Shown here: piece by piece, positions 51,466-61,387 of the stretch
How positions within the stretch are numbered: position 1 is the first letter of the stretch
Layout of the letters: each line of letters opens with the position of its first letter
Assembly (NCBI GenBank): GCA_027005735.1
Contig: JALTLF010000218.1
Coordinates: forward strand, 22,935-86,934
Length of the DNA stretch: 64,000 bases
Direction of reading: 5' to 3'
Source of the DNA: Chromatiales bacterium
GTDB lineage: Bacteria; Pseudomonadota; Gammaproteobacteria; CAMYNG01
Translations under genes and position numbers: made by a program
Notes under the pieces: model-generated
Seen by the model: the letters and a program-made list of their open reading frames with translations, nothing else
Told to the model about the DNA's origin: nothing
The model's database searches: none

Positions 51466-52878
51466 TCAACAAATGTCGGCCTGGCGGGCCTCTGCCTTGA
51501 CCGAGGCGACAAAGGCCAGAAAGCGCGTCACCCAGGGGTTCTGCCAGGTGTGACGTAGATGGCTGTAGTTGCCCAGCACGTTGCGATAGACGATACCGTC
51601 GTGGCCGTCCCCAATCCCCTTGCCGCGCTTCATGCGATAGGCAAAGCGCAGATCCGGGGCGAGTGCCTCCAGCGCGGAGTAGTGGAACTCGTGGGCAGGC
51701 ACCGGTCGTGCGGGCTTGATGGCAGCCGGGACGGGCCAGGGGAAATCCGCGGTCTCTTCCAGGAACACGTAGCCGCGGCCCTGGGGTCGCGCGTGCATGA
51801 CCGTATCGGCCGGCAGGACCCCGGCCATGGGGTACACGGCTTCCCCCCAGCGCAGGCTGCGGCTCAGGTACATGAGTCCGCCACACTCGGCATAGACCGG
51901 CAGTCCGGCCTCGATGGCGGCGGCAATGGCCTTGCGCAGGCCCTCGTTGGCGCTGATCTGCGCCGCATGGGTCTCGGGGAAACCGCCGCCGATGAACAGG
52001 CCGTCGAGGGGGGGCAGGGCGGTGTCGCGCATGCTGTTCAACCGGACCAACTGTGCACCCTGATCGCGGAAGGCCTGCAGATCGCCGGGGTAGTAGAAAC
52101 CGAAGGCGTCGTCCTGGATGATGCCGATACGCAGACCGTCAAAGCGGGCCGACGGCCCTGGCTCCGGGGCCTGCATCGTCGGGACGGCAAGGGCGGGCGC
52201 CTGCTCGGCGACGCCAATCAGCGCGTCGAGCTCCACCTCGGCAGCGAGACGTCGGGCGAAGGTGTCGATGATCTCGTTGGAACCCGCCTGTTCGTTGCTC
52301 GGCACCAGCCCAAGGTGACGCTCGTCGATATGCAGGCTCTCATCACGCCCCACGGCACCCAGCACCGGGAGATCGGTATAGCGCTCGATAATGGCGCGCA
52401 GCTTGCCCTCATGACGGCTGCCGCCCACCTGGTTGAGGATCACGCCGCGGATGGCGACTTCGGGATCGAAGGCCTGGAAACCCTGCAGTAGGGCCGCCAC
52501 GCCCCGCGTCATGCCACGGGTATCGACCACCATCACCACCGGACTGGCAACGAGTTTCGCCAACGCGGCGTTGCTGTTGCTGCCGTCGATATCGACGCCG
52601 TCGTGCAGGCCCTTGTTGCCCTCGATCAGGCTGAGATCGGCATCGCGCGAGTAGTGGGCAAGCTTGTAACGGATCTCGTCACTGCCCTGGGTGTGGAAAT
52701 CGAGGTTGTGGCAGGGGCGGCCGGCGGCCTGGCCCAGCCACAGCGGGTCGATATAGTCAGGCCCCTTCTTGAAGGGTTGGACCGCCAGGCCACGGCGCCT
52801 GAGCGCCGCGCACAGACCAACGGCGATGGTGGTCTTGCCGGAGGACTTGTGCGCCGCGGAGATCAGCAGGTGAGCCAT
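51466..52878 (-). CDS. dsrN: DsrN, siroheme amidase (cobyrinic acid a,c-diamide synthase homologue)
   Basis: MAHLLISAAHKSSGKTTIAVGL (CobB/CbiA P-loop) and a C-terminal glutamine amidotransferase domain (ECGGLMYL). Confidence 0.85.
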   Translation of the reverse strand: MAHLLISAAHKSSGKTTIAVGLCAALRRRGLAVQPFKKGPDYIDPLWLGQAAGRPCHNLDFHTQGSDEIRYKLAHYSRDADLSLIEGNKGLHDGVDIDGSNSNAALAKLVASPVVMVVDTRGMTRGVAALLQGFQAFDPEVAIRGVILNQVGGSRHEGKLRAIIERYTDLPVLGAVGRDESLHIDERHLGLVPSNEQAGSNEIIDTFARRLAAEVELDALIGVAEQAPALAVPTMQAPEPGPSARFDGLRIGIIQDDAFGFYYPGDLQAFRDQGAQLVRLNSMRDTALPPLDGLFIGGGFPETHAAQISANEGLRKAIAAAIEAGLPVYAECGGLMYLSRSLRWGEAVYPMAGVLPADTVMHARPQGRGYVFLEETADFPWPVPAAIKPARPVPAHEFHYSALEALAPDLRFAYRMKRGKGIGDGHDGIVYRNVLGNYSHLRHTWQNPWVTRFLAFVASVKAEARQADIC

Positions 52879-52935
52879 ATTCCAGCACCCTTGCCAGGGT
52901 CGACCTCACTGACCCGATCACCGTGGTGGCGGCGA

Positions 52936-54168
52936 TCAGGCCGATGCGGTATCGGCGGCCCCGGACTTGTGATAAGGATCGACCATGTTGTCTGCCAGGC
53001 TGATGGGCAGGAACTTGAGCACCTTCACCGCGAACAGCACCATGAACAGGGCCACGGCCACGCCACCCAGTCCCAGCATGACCTCGGGCCAGCTCGGCGA
53101 ATAGGGTGCCACCACGCCCTCGGTAAAGGTACTGGAGGCCTCGTAACCGGGGAAGATCACCAATGGGTAGGCCTGGCCGCCAATCACGATGACGTAGACC
53201 TGCGCGAGGCCGCCAATGATGACGAGCAGGGCGGCAAGACCGATGAGCTTGCGGTTTTTGCCCCAGCTCGGGTGGTAGAGCAGGGCCAGCGGTACCAGCG
53301 AGCCCAGGACGATCTGCACCCACCAGAACAGGGTCGTGTAGATGCCCCCGTCGCGCAGGATGAAGGCCTCCACGCCGTGATGCTCGGTGGCATAGAGATT
53401 GGTCAGGTGGAAGGCCAGCACGAAATACAGGACGCCGGCGATAAACACCCCGAGCAGGTTCTTCAGCCGCCGGATGGCGAGATCACCCAGGGGACGCCGG
53501 GTACCATTGTAGAGACCCATCAGCAGCAAAATGAAGATCGCCAGTCCGAACGAGAAGGACATGGCGATGAACAGGGGCGCCATGATGGCGGCATCGTAGC
53601 CCTGGCGCGCCACCAGGAATCCAAAGATGGAGCCGGTACCGGTGGTCAGGATGAGGCGCCACAGGAAGGCGAAGAAGCCGACCGGCTTGCTGTACTTGCC
53701 CAGCGAGTGCTGCATCATGGTCCACAGGTAGACGGCCACGATGGCAAAGAACCCGTTGTACAGGATGATGTTCCACGCAAAGATGGATTTGAAGTTGTAA
53801 TAGGTCATTGCGACGACGAGCCGCTCGGGACGTCCCAGGTCGAGCACCAGTACCGTCAGGCCACCGGCGAGCAGGCAGATGGCAAGCAGGCCGGAGAGCC
53901 GCGCCAATGGCTTGTACTGGTACTTCCCGAACACGGAGGCAATAGAGGCGACGTTGAGGGCGCCGGAAGCAGCCACGATGAGAAAGATGGCGAACACGTG
54001 CGGAGTTCCCCACACGATCTGGTTGCTCATGCCCGTGATCCAGTGGCCTTCATGCTCCATGAGGTACCAGCCATAGCCGGCGACGGCCATCAGGCCGACG
54101 AGGGCAAGCAGAATGGCCCAGTAACCGCCGGAACGTCCTTCGATCTCCTGGTAGTCGTAGTGATTCAT
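52936..54168 (-). CDS. dsrP: DsrP (NrfD/PsrC-like integral membrane quinone-interacting subunit)
   Basis: 410 aa with about 10 TM helices, of the NrfD family; position after dsrO. Confidence 0.85.
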   Translation of the reverse strand: MNHYDYQEIEGRSGGYWAILLALVGLMAVAGYGWYLMEHEGHWITGMSNQIVWGTPHVFAIFLIVAASGALNVASIASVFGKYQYKPLARLSGLLAICLLAGGLTVLVLDLGRPERLVVAMTYYNFKSIFAWNIILYNGFFAIVAVYLWTMMQHSLGKYSKPVGFFAFLWRLILTTGTGSIFGFLVARQGYDAAIMAPLFIAMSFSFGLAIFILLLMGLYNGTRRPLGDLAIRRLKNLLGVFIAGVLYFVLAFHLTNLYATEHHGVEAFILRDGGIYTTLFWWVQIVLGSLVPLALLYHPSWGKNRKLIGLAALLVIIGGLAQVYVIVIGGQAYPLVIFPGYEASSTFTEGVVAPYSPSWPEVMLGLGGVAVALFMVLFAVKVLKFLPISLADNMVDPYHKSGAADTASA

Positions 54169-54174
54169 AACCTG

Positions 54175-54930
54175 CTAAATCCCCTTGTAATGGATGCCCG
54201 GGTTGAGTCCCAGGTCTGCACGGATTTGCCGTGATCCAAATTTCTTGAGAGTCTGTGATAGGCGGCTGTCGGGATCGTTGAGATCGCCGAAGACAAAGGC
54301 CGCGTGACCTTCCTCGTTACAGGCCTCGGCGCAGGCCGGGACGGCGTTTTCACCGTCGCGGTCAACACGGTGCACGCACAGGGTGCAGGACTCCACCGTG
54401 CCCTTGCCGCGAGGCGCGTTCACGCTCTGATCCTGCAGGACTTCATGGATGAAGGATCGTGCCTTGTAGGGGCAGGCCATCATGCAGTAGCGACAGCCGA
54501 TACAGATATGCTTGTCCACCAGGACGATGCCATCCGCGCGGCGGAAGGACGCCCCGGTGGGACAGACATCCGCGCAGGGCGGCGTTTCGCAGTGCTGACA
54601 CAGCATGGGCAGGGAATAGGTCGCACCGGTGGCCTTGTGCTTGAGGTTGACCTTGCGGATCCACTGCGCCTGCTGGTCCGGGCGGGAGTTTACCTCGTTG
54701 GAACCCCAGCCGTTTTCCTGCTGGCAGGCGGTGACACAGGCGTTACAGTCCTTGGCGCACTTGTTGGTATCGATCAACATGCCCCAGCGATTCTTCGCGC
54801 TGACGGGTTCGTCGGCCGGTTTGCCGTGGGCCAGATCGACAAGAAATACGCCGGGCGCGACGGAAAGGCCAGTGAGGGCGGCGGCCTGACCAAGGAACTT
54901 ACGCCGCGTGGCGTTGACGTCTTTGCTCAT
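54175..54930 (-). CDS. dsrO: DsrO (Tat-exported 4x[4Fe-4S] ferredoxin)
   Basis: Tat motif TRRKFLGQAAALTGLSVA and multiple CxxCxxCxxxCP clusters (CAKDCNACVTAC, CQHCETPPCADVCP, CIGCRYCMMACP, CTLCVHR). Stop overlaps the dsrJ start. Confidence 0.88.
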   Translation of the reverse strand: MSKDVNATRRKFLGQAAALTGLSVAPGVFLVDLAHGKPADEPVSAKNRWGMLIDTNKCAKDCNACVTACQQENGWGSNEVNSRPDQQAQWIRKVNLKHKATGATYSLPMLCQHCETPPCADVCPTGASFRRADGIVLVDKHICIGCRYCMMACPYKARSFIHEVLQDQSVNAPRGKGTVESCTLCVHRVDRDGENAVPACAEACNEEGHAAFVFGDLNDPDSRLSQTLKKFGSRQIRADLGLNPGIHYKGI

Positions 54931-55415
54931 TCTTCCTCCTCCCTGGTGGCGACACGCACTGCTTCATCCACGAGGTCAAGCGGCTGGGCAAGGGGCGTCG
55001 GACGTCCTTCGGCGCCAGTCAACTCCAGCGGCTGCCCGGTGGGACCATCGTTGTGGCATTCGAAGCAGTCGATGGTGACACCGGCGTAATTGTGACAGGA
55101 GGAGCAGAAGTGCTCGTCGCTGCCATACCGAACCCGCTCCTGTCCTGCCTCGGCCTTCGGCACGTGGCAATTCAGGCACTGCGCAAGGGAATGTTGCGGC
55201 GTGCGAATACCCTCATGCATGGTGGCGTCACGTTGGTGCAGGATGAACTCGAAGTGACGTTTACGCATGACGTCGGTGGGCTCGACACACTTCACGCCTT
55301 TCCCCTTGGGGACCACCGGCACCGGCGTATCCGCCATGGCAGGCAAGGCGAAGGAAAGTAACACCGCCACCAGCAGGGTGGCGATGCGCTTATTGTTATA
55401 ATACAAAGACTTCAT
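54927..55415 (-). CDS. dsrJ: DsrJ (periplasmic triheme cytochrome c)
   Basis: Signal peptide and three CxxCH motifs (CLNCH, CSSCH, CFECH). Confidence 0.88.
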   Translation of the reverse strand: MKSLYYNNKRIATLLVAVLLSFALPAMADTPVPVVPKGKGVKCVEPTDVMRKRHFEFILHQRDATMHEGIRTPQHSLAQCLNCHVPKAEAGQERVRYGSDEHFCSSCHNYAGVTIDCFECHNDGPTGQPLELTGAEGRPTPLAQPLDLVDEAVRVATREEEE

Positions 55416-55432
55416 TGGGCTTCCCCGTTGGC

Positions 55433-57373
55433 TTATTCACCCATACCCATTTCGATGTAACCGGTCGGGCAAACATCGGCGCAGATGTGGCAACCAATAC
55501 ACTTCGTGTAGTCGGTGGCAACGTAGCGACCCAGGGTGCGCTTATCCTTCGGTACACGATAGACTGCATCCTGCGGGCAGTAGATGACGCAGTTGTCACA
55601 CTCGAAACACATACCGCAGCTCATGCAACGGTTCGCCTCGGCAACGGTCTCTTCCTCGCTGAGGCCCTTCATACGCTCTTCAAAGTGACCCAGAACCTCG
55701 TCTGCCGTGGGGACGTCTTCCCTGCGTTTGATACGATCGACGTGTTCGAAGTGACCAAGGAAGAGGTTGTCGGCCGGGATGATCTCCTGGCGGGCACGGT
55801 CTTCGAAGTTGTGGATTGCGAAATTGGCTTCCGAGGTACCGCGGGTCTCCTCGTGGTTGTACTCCTCGGGCGCCAGGCCGGTTTCACGCAGCTTGGCCAG
55901 CAGGTCGAAGTGGTGCTTGTCCACCTTGGGACGCTTGCCAAGTTCTTCATTGCGGAAATAGCGATCGATGCTCTCGGCTGCGACCGAGGCCTGGCCGATG
56001 GCCGTGGTCAAAAGGTGAGGACGTACGATATCGCCGGCGACGAAGTGGCCTTCCTTGCCCGGGACGCGATAGTGCTGGTCGGCATCGATGAAGCCCTTGC
56101 CATTGTCCAGATCCTCGAGGCCGGAGAGGTCGCCCTTCTGACCGATGGCGGCGACGATCAGGTCGGCCTCGATGTCGAACTCCGTGCCTTCCTTCGGCGT
56201 CTTGCCGTCGGCTTCCAGCTCAACGACGCGCAGGGCAACGGCACGACCGTTGTCGTCCTTGATGACCTTGACCGGGTTCAGGCAACCGCGGATATTGACA
56301 CCTTCGCGCAGGGCGTCCTGGATTTCGTGCTCGGCGGCGTTCATCTGCTCGATGGGCGAACGCGAGATGAGCGTTACCGTCGCGCCCATACGCTTGGCGG
56401 TGGCGGCAACGTCGTGCGCGGCGTGGCCGAGGACGATGTTTTCCGGACGGTCCTGTTCGTTCATGTTGGTGATGTGACCCAGACGACGGGCGACCGAGAC
56501 CACGTCGATGGAGGTATCACCACCACCGATGACGACGACTTTCTCGGAAACCGCCTTCAGGCGGCCTTCGTTGAAGGCGCGCAGGAAGTCCACGCCGGTG
56601 AGGCAGTTGGGCGCATCGGAGCCCTCGATGGGGAGCTGACGACCGGAGTGGGTGCCGACGGCCCACAGGATAGCGTCGTACTCCTTCTCCAGGTCTTCTA
56701 CCTTGACGTCGCGGCCCACGCGGGTCTTCAGTTTTACTTCGACGCCCATATCGACGATGCGCTGATTCTCGCCGTCGAGGACGGAACGCGGCGTACGATA
56801 ACCGGGGATGCCGTAGCGCATCATGCCGCCCAGCTCCTCGCGCTCGTCGAAGACGGTGCAGGCATGGCCCATTTTCCGCAACTGGTAGGCCGCGGCCATG
56901 CCGGCGGGGCCACCTCCGATGATGGCCACCTTCTTGCCGGATTCCTTTTCGGGCGGCGCGAAGGACATCTTGTTCTCCAGCGCCCAGTCGCCGATGAACT
57001 GCTCTACGGCGTTGATACCAACGCGGTCATCCACTTCGTTGCGGTTGCAACCGGCCTCGCAGGGTGCCGGGCAGACACGGCCCATGACGGCGGGGAAGGG
57101 GTTGGCGGCCGTGGAGCGCTCGAAGGCGTACTGCTGCCAGCTCTCGCCCTCGGCGGGCTTCTCAATGCCGCGGACGATATCCAGCCAGCCGCGGATGTCT
57201 TCACCAGCGGGGCAACTGCCCTGGCAGGGCGGAGTACGGTGAACGTAGGTCGGGCACTTGTGCGACCAACCGGCCTGGAAGATCGCCTCCTGCCAGTCGT
57301 CGTGTTGATAATCCCCGTCCTTAAACTTACGGAACGTATGTTCTTTGTGCATATCTTCCGGGGAAGTCGCCAT
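55433..57373 (-). CDS. dsrL: DsrL (NAD(P)H:acceptor oxidoreductase, GltD-like with C-terminal ferredoxin domain)
   Basis: N-terminal Fe-S Cys clusters (CPTYVHRTPPCQGSCPAGEDI, CPAPCEAGC), FAD/NAD sites VAIIGGGPAGMAAA and VVVIGGGDTSID, C-terminal 2x[4Fe-4S] CMSCGMCFECDNCVIYCP and CIGCHICADVCP. Confidence 0.9.
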   Translation of the reverse strand: MATSPEDMHKEHTFRKFKDGDYQHDDWQEAIFQAGWSHKCPTYVHRTPPCQGSCPAGEDIRGWLDIVRGIEKPAEGESWQQYAFERSTAANPFPAVMGRVCPAPCEAGCNRNEVDDRVGINAVEQFIGDWALENKMSFAPPEKESGKKVAIIGGGPAGMAAAYQLRKMGHACTVFDEREELGGMMRYGIPGYRTPRSVLDGENQRIVDMGVEVKLKTRVGRDVKVEDLEKEYDAILWAVGTHSGRQLPIEGSDAPNCLTGVDFLRAFNEGRLKAVSEKVVVIGGGDTSIDVVSVARRLGHITNMNEQDRPENIVLGHAAHDVAATAKRMGATVTLISRSPIEQMNAAEHEIQDALREGVNIRGCLNPVKVIKDDNGRAVALRVVELEADGKTPKEGTEFDIEADLIVAAIGQKGDLSGLEDLDNGKGFIDADQHYRVPGKEGHFVAGDIVRPHLLTTAIGQASVAAESIDRYFRNEELGKRPKVDKHHFDLLAKLRETGLAPEEYNHEETRGTSEANFAIHNFEDRARQEIIPADNLFLGHFEHVDRIKRREDVPTADEVLGHFEERMKGLSEEETVAEANRCMSCGMCFECDNCVIYCPQDAVYRVPKDKRTLGRYVATDYTKCIGCHICADVCPTGYIEMGMGE

Positions 57374-57454
57374 GTCTGTATCTCCTGTGAATTATCCGGA
57401 CCGTGTCCGATTAACAACTAAAACTCAAAATTGGATGAATTGCGTATCCAGTTA

Positions 57455-58978
57455 TTACTCTTCGTCACCACTATCGCCATCGTCGTCAGTGTCCGCGCCA
57501 TCAAGGATGATGGCCTCGCTGACGAGCTGATGCACGCTGACGATCTGATCCATGGTGAAGCCATAGTAGGGGATCACCTTGGTAAACTGACTCTTGCAGA
57601 TGGCGCAGATCGCGGCCATGTGCGTGACGCCGTGGTTTTCCACTACGTGTTTGAGGGCCTGCATGCGGGGCAGGGCGCCCTTGACGCGAATTTCCATCAG
57701 GTCGTCGGTGAGCAGGCCACCGCCGCCACCGCAACAGAAGGTTGCCTCGCCGATGGTATCGCTGGGCATATCGACGAAGTTGTTGCAGCAGGCCTTGATG
57801 ATTTCACGCGGGATCCTGAACTGGCCACCGGGTTCGTCACCCATGCGCGAGGCGCGCGCCACGTTGCAGGAGTCGTGGTACGTCAGCGTCATGTGATCGT
57901 TCTCGGACTTGTCGAACTTGATCACGCCGCGCTGAATGAGATCATAGGTGACCTCGCAGATGTGTTGGGGCACGGGGTAGTTCGGATCCAGGAAGTCGAA
58001 GGGCCCCGCAAGCGTGTTCAGGAAGGAGTAGGCGACACGCCAGGCGTGACCACATTCGCCGAAGACGATGCGCTTGACGCCCAGTTCCTCGGCGGCCTCG
58101 CGTATGCGCACGGAGATCCGGCGCATGTTCTCGTAGCTACCGATGAACATGCCGAAATTGGCCGCCTCGGAGGCATGGGAACTCAGGGTCCAGCTCAGGC
58201 CGGCCTGGTGAAAGACCTTGGCATAGCCGATGAGGCCATCGACATGCGGCTCGGCAAAGAAATCCGCGGAGGGCGTCACCAGGAGGATGTCGGCACCCTT
58301 CTGGTCGAGGGGGAACTTGACCGGCACGCCGGTGTCATCCTCGACTTCCTCTTCGAGACCTTCCAGCGTATCGGCCAGTGCGGGCTCCGGCAGGCCGAGG
58401 TTGTTGCCGATCTTGAAGACCTTGCCGATGATTTCGTTACAGTACTTCTGGCCCATGCCGATACTGTCCATGATCTCGCGCGCGGCCATGGAGATTTCGG
58501 CGGTATCGATACCGTAGGGACAGTACACGGAGCAGCGGCGGCACTGGGAACACTGGTGAAAGTAGCTGTACCACTCCTCGAGGACTTCCTTCGTCAGGTC
58601 GACAGCACCCACCAGCTTGGGGAAATACTTTCCGGCGAAGGTAAACTTGCGGCGATAGACGCGGCGCAGCAGGTCCTGACGTGCCACCGGCATGTTGTTG
58701 GCGTCCTCGGTACCGAGGTAATAGTGGCACTTGTCGGTACAGGCGCCACATTTCACACAGGAATCCAGGTAGACGCGGAAGGAGCGGTACTTGCCGAGCA
58801 GCTCCTCCATTTTCGCGTAGGCCTTCTCCTGCCAGTCATCCACCAGCTCACCGGGATACCCCAGAGGCTCCTGGAATTCCTCCTTGGAGAGGAAGGGCTT
58901 CGAATGCGACATCACACCCAGCTTGATGTGCGGGATGACGGGATATTCTTTGATTTCCGGCGTTTCAAAATCAGCCAC
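57455..58978 (-). CDS. dsrK: DsrK (HdrD-like catalytic subunit with CCG domains)
   Basis: CVKCGACTDKC and CSQCRRCSVYCP ferredoxin-type clusters, followed by two CCG domains (FGECGHAW; IKACCNNF; ATFCCGGGGG). Confidence 0.9.
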   Translation of the reverse strand: MADFETPEIKEYPVIPHIKLGVMSHSKPFLSKEEFQEPLGYPGELVDDWQEKAYAKMEELLGKYRSFRVYLDSCVKCGACTDKCHYYLGTEDANNMPVARQDLLRRVYRRKFTFAGKYFPKLVGAVDLTKEVLEEWYSYFHQCSQCRRCSVYCPYGIDTAEISMAAREIMDSIGMGQKYCNEIIGKVFKIGNNLGLPEPALADTLEGLEEEVEDDTGVPVKFPLDQKGADILLVTPSADFFAEPHVDGLIGYAKVFHQAGLSWTLSSHASEAANFGMFIGSYENMRRISVRIREAAEELGVKRIVFGECGHAWRVAYSFLNTLAGPFDFLDPNYPVPQHICEVTYDLIQRGVIKFDKSENDHMTLTYHDSCNVARASRMGDEPGGQFRIPREIIKACCNNFVDMPSDTIGEATFCCGGGGGLLTDDLMEIRVKGALPRMQALKHVVENHGVTHMAAICAICKSQFTKVIPYYGFTMDQIVSVHQLVSEAIILDGADTDDDGDSGDEE

Positions 58979-59030
58979 GATATTTTCCTCGATCCTGTTC
59001 TGCGCGCTATGGCAGTTTCGTTATGCTTTT

Positions 59031-59786
59031 TTAACCGTTGCCTTCTTCAAGCTTGGCGGCCCACGGCGCCAGGTGGCGCTTCTCCCGTGGGTTGTCCACC
59101 TGGTTGCGCGTCGGGCTGAAGAATACACCGGGAGCATGCAGCAGCTTGCTGATGGGGAAAATGACCATCAGGATCAGTACCAGCGCCAGATGCGTAATGA
59201 GCAGACCACTCTCGGGCAGGGGCTGCCAGTCGAAGTACAGCAGTCCCAGCGCAAAGGCCTTGAGCTGCACGATATCGACGTCCCGCGCATAGAAGGACAT
59301 TAATACGCCGGTGGCGGCAATGCTGAAGATCAGGATCAGCATCAGGTAGTCCGAGGGACTGGAAATATAGCGCACGCGGTCGACGACGATGCGACGCACG
59401 AACAGGCCGGCGAGGCCGATCAACATGGCGAGGCCGGCGTACTTACCGGCCGCCTGAACGATCTGCATGCTTACCAGCGGCCACAGGAAAGATTCCGGCG
59501 GCACGATGTAGCGCAGGTGGCGGAAGAAGGCCAGCAGCAGCGAGAAATGAAACATCCAGCCAAAGATCCAGATCCACTTGTTGGATTTGAACAGGCTGTT
59601 GAACAGCACGACTTCACTTGCCATGCGAACTACAACCCCGCTAGTGGTTGTCGGAGCGGGTGTTGTGGGGATCTTCAATGGGGCAGGGGTGCGCGCGTAC
59701 TGCACGATCTTTCGGGCCAGGCCGAAAACCAGCAGTATGGTGGCGGCGACGAAAGCGCCTGCAAATATATAGGACAAGGCCGACAT
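59031..59786 (-). CDS. dsrM: DsrM (NarI-like dihaem b membrane subunit)
   Basis: Five TM helices with conserved His pairs (FHFSLLLAFFRHL, ITHLALVLILMVIFPISKLLH). Confidence 0.88.
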   Translation of the reverse strand: MSALSYIFAGAFVAATILLVFGLARKIVQYARTPAPLKIPTTPAPTTTSGVVVRMASEVVLFNSLFKSNKWIWIFGWMFHFSLLLAFFRHLRYIVPPESFLWPLVSMQIVQAAGKYAGLAMLIGLAGLFVRRIVVDRVRYISSPSDYLMLILIFSIAATGVLMSFYARDVDIVQLKAFALGLLYFDWQPLPESGLLITHLALVLILMVIFPISKLLHAPGVFFSPTRNQVDNPREKRHLAPWAAKLEEGNG

Positions 59787-59862
59787 CCTAGTAAAATCCT
59801 CTGTTTTTATACTTCGATTAGGAAAGAGGGGGTTGAAAACCCCCTCTCGTCGTTCCTAAGCG

Positions 59863-60195
59863 TTATACGCAGCCCGTGGGCTTGGGCAGGCCGGCGTACT
59901 TACAGGCCTGCTTGGCGGGGCCGTAGGGGAACAGTTCGTACAGGTACTTGCTGTTACCCTTTTCCTTGCCCAGCTTCTTGCCGATGGCCTTGGTCAGAAC
60001 GCGGACTGCCGGAGCAATCTGGTACTCGTCGTAGTACTCGCGCAGGAAGTTGATGACTTCCCAGTGCTCGTCGCTGAGCTCGGTACCGTCTTCCTTGGCC
60101 ATTGCTTCACCAACTTCAGGGGTCCACTCGCTCAGGTTAGCCAGGTAACCCTCTTCGTCGGTTTCGTAGGTCTTACCGTTTACTTCAATAGGCAT
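59863..60195 (-). CDS. dsrC: DsrC (persulfide-carrying substrate protein)
   Basis: 110 aa. The C-terminal arm ...CKYAGLPKPTGCV carries the two conserved Cys (penultimate CV). A TusE/DsrC-family core (EHWEVINFLREYY) is present. Confidence 0.92.
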   Translation of the reverse strand: MPIEVNGKTYETDEEGYLANLSEWTPEVGEAMAKEDGTELSDEHWEVINFLREYYDEYQIAPAVRVLTKAIGKKLGKEKGNSKYLYELFPYGPAKQACKYAGLPKPTGCV

Positions 60196-60227
60196 TGTTT
60201 AGATCTCCTCGTTAGCAGATTGAATCG

Positions 60228-60536
60228 TTATAGCCAGGGCTGCACGTTGTCGTGGTCAGCCACCAGATCAACGAACCCGCCGTAATCCACAACCTTGACG
60301 CCATCCAGTAGCTGGTCGTCACGAATACCACGCGCTTTCATGTCAGGACCGAGCACGTAGAAGGTCAGGCCCTTCATTGCCGCGGTTACCTTGTCCGAAA
60401 TCACGGTACCCTTGGTTGCGCCATAAACACCGTCTTCAAACAGAAGGACAGCACCACCTTCCTTCGCCAGGCGAATACAGGCATCCAGCGAATTTTTCTC
60501 GAAGGGGGATTTGTTTACTGTGTGTAATTTCGACAT
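60228..60536 (-). CDS. dsrH: DsrH
   Basis: 102-aa DsrH/TusB family protein directly after dsrF. Confidence 0.85.
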   Translation of the reverse strand: MSKLHTVNKSPFEKNSLDACIRLAKEGGAVLLFEDGVYGATKGTVISDKVTAAMKGLTFYVLGPDMKARGIRDDQLLDGVKVVDYGGFVDLVADHDNVQPWL

Positions 60537-60548
60537 AACAAAACTCCC

Positions 60549-60956
60549 CTAGAAAGCAAGAACAACGTCTTGTTCATCCATGATATCAGCCAACTCGGCG
60601 CTGGAAACGACCCGAATGGAGGGCTTCTCGGCCCAGTCATCGTCCTCGTCTTCATACGTCAGCGGCATGAGATCATCCTCGGTCAGGCCACGCGCCTCGA
60701 GTGATTCCTTTTCGACATACAGCTTGTTGACGTCGTAGTCACCCAGGGCATTGTAGGTCGGCGAAAAGTTCTTCATGCCGATCTCGCTCGTGTCCTGCCC
60801 CTTGACCAACTGGTAGACGCCGTCATCGACGAAAGCCAGGCTTACATCCTGCTCGAAGGCCGCGCCAATCAGTACGACTTCCAGGGATTCCAGCGCATAG
60901 ATGGTACCGTAAGGGGCCTTGCGGTTGAGATAAAGAAACTTCTTGATATCAGACAT
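60549..60956 (-). CDS. dsrF: DsrF
   Basis: 135-aa DsrF/TusC family protein (MSDIKKFLYLNRKAPYGTIYALESLEVVLIGAAF). Confidence 0.85.
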   Translation of the reverse strand: MSDIKKFLYLNRKAPYGTIYALESLEVVLIGAAFEQDVSLAFVDDGVYQLVKGQDTSEIGMKNFSPTYNALGDYDVNKLYVEKESLEARGLTEDDLMPLTYEDEDDDWAEKPSIRVVSSAELADIMDEQDVVLAF

Positions 60957-60970
60957 AATTCCCCCTACGC

Positions 60971-61363
60971 CTAGTCGCCGAAGGTCACCAGGCGGTCTGC
61001 CTGGATACCGGCTTCAATCAACTGACCCAGACCAGAGATGCGGAAGCCCGGTGCGATGTTGTTGCCATCCTTACCGTTACGTTCCTGCTCACCTTCGTCG
61101 ATGATGCCGCGCCGCTGCGCTGCAGCGACGCACACCACGAGGTCCAGATCATGCTTCTCGGCCAGTTCGGTCCACTGCTGGGTGATGTTGCGATCATCCT
61201 GCGGCGGAATCGAATAGCGAGTCGCATTGTTGACACCATCGTTGTAGAAGAAGACACGGAAAATCTCGTGCCCCTTCTCCAGCGCCGCCTTGGTGAACTG
61301 GTAGGCGGAATCACTGGCCTGATGGTTGTAGGGCCCTTCATTAATGAGAATGCCAAGCTTCAT
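60971..61363 (-). CDS. dsrE: DsrE (sulfur-transferase with active-site Cys)
   Basis: 130-aa DsrE/TusD family protein; conserved Cys in LVVCVAAAQRRG. Confidence 0.88.
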   Translation of the reverse strand: MKLGILINEGPYNHQASDSAYQFTKAALEKGHEIFRVFFYNDGVNNATRYSIPPQDDRNITQQWTELAEKHDLDLVVCVAAAQRRGIIDEGEQERNGKDGNNIAPGFRISGLGQLIEAGIQADRLVTFGD

Positions 61364-61387
61364 TCGTTTTTACCTCGATAAATCGTC

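Noticed and set aside
52603-54234. 543-aa plus-strand ORF across dsrN/dsrP and other antisense ORFs within the dsr operon (e.g. 57431..59119, 61400..62458, 62616..63686)
   Set aside because: All are antisense to well-conserved Dsr proteins with diagnostic Cys motifs; their composition is low-complexity.
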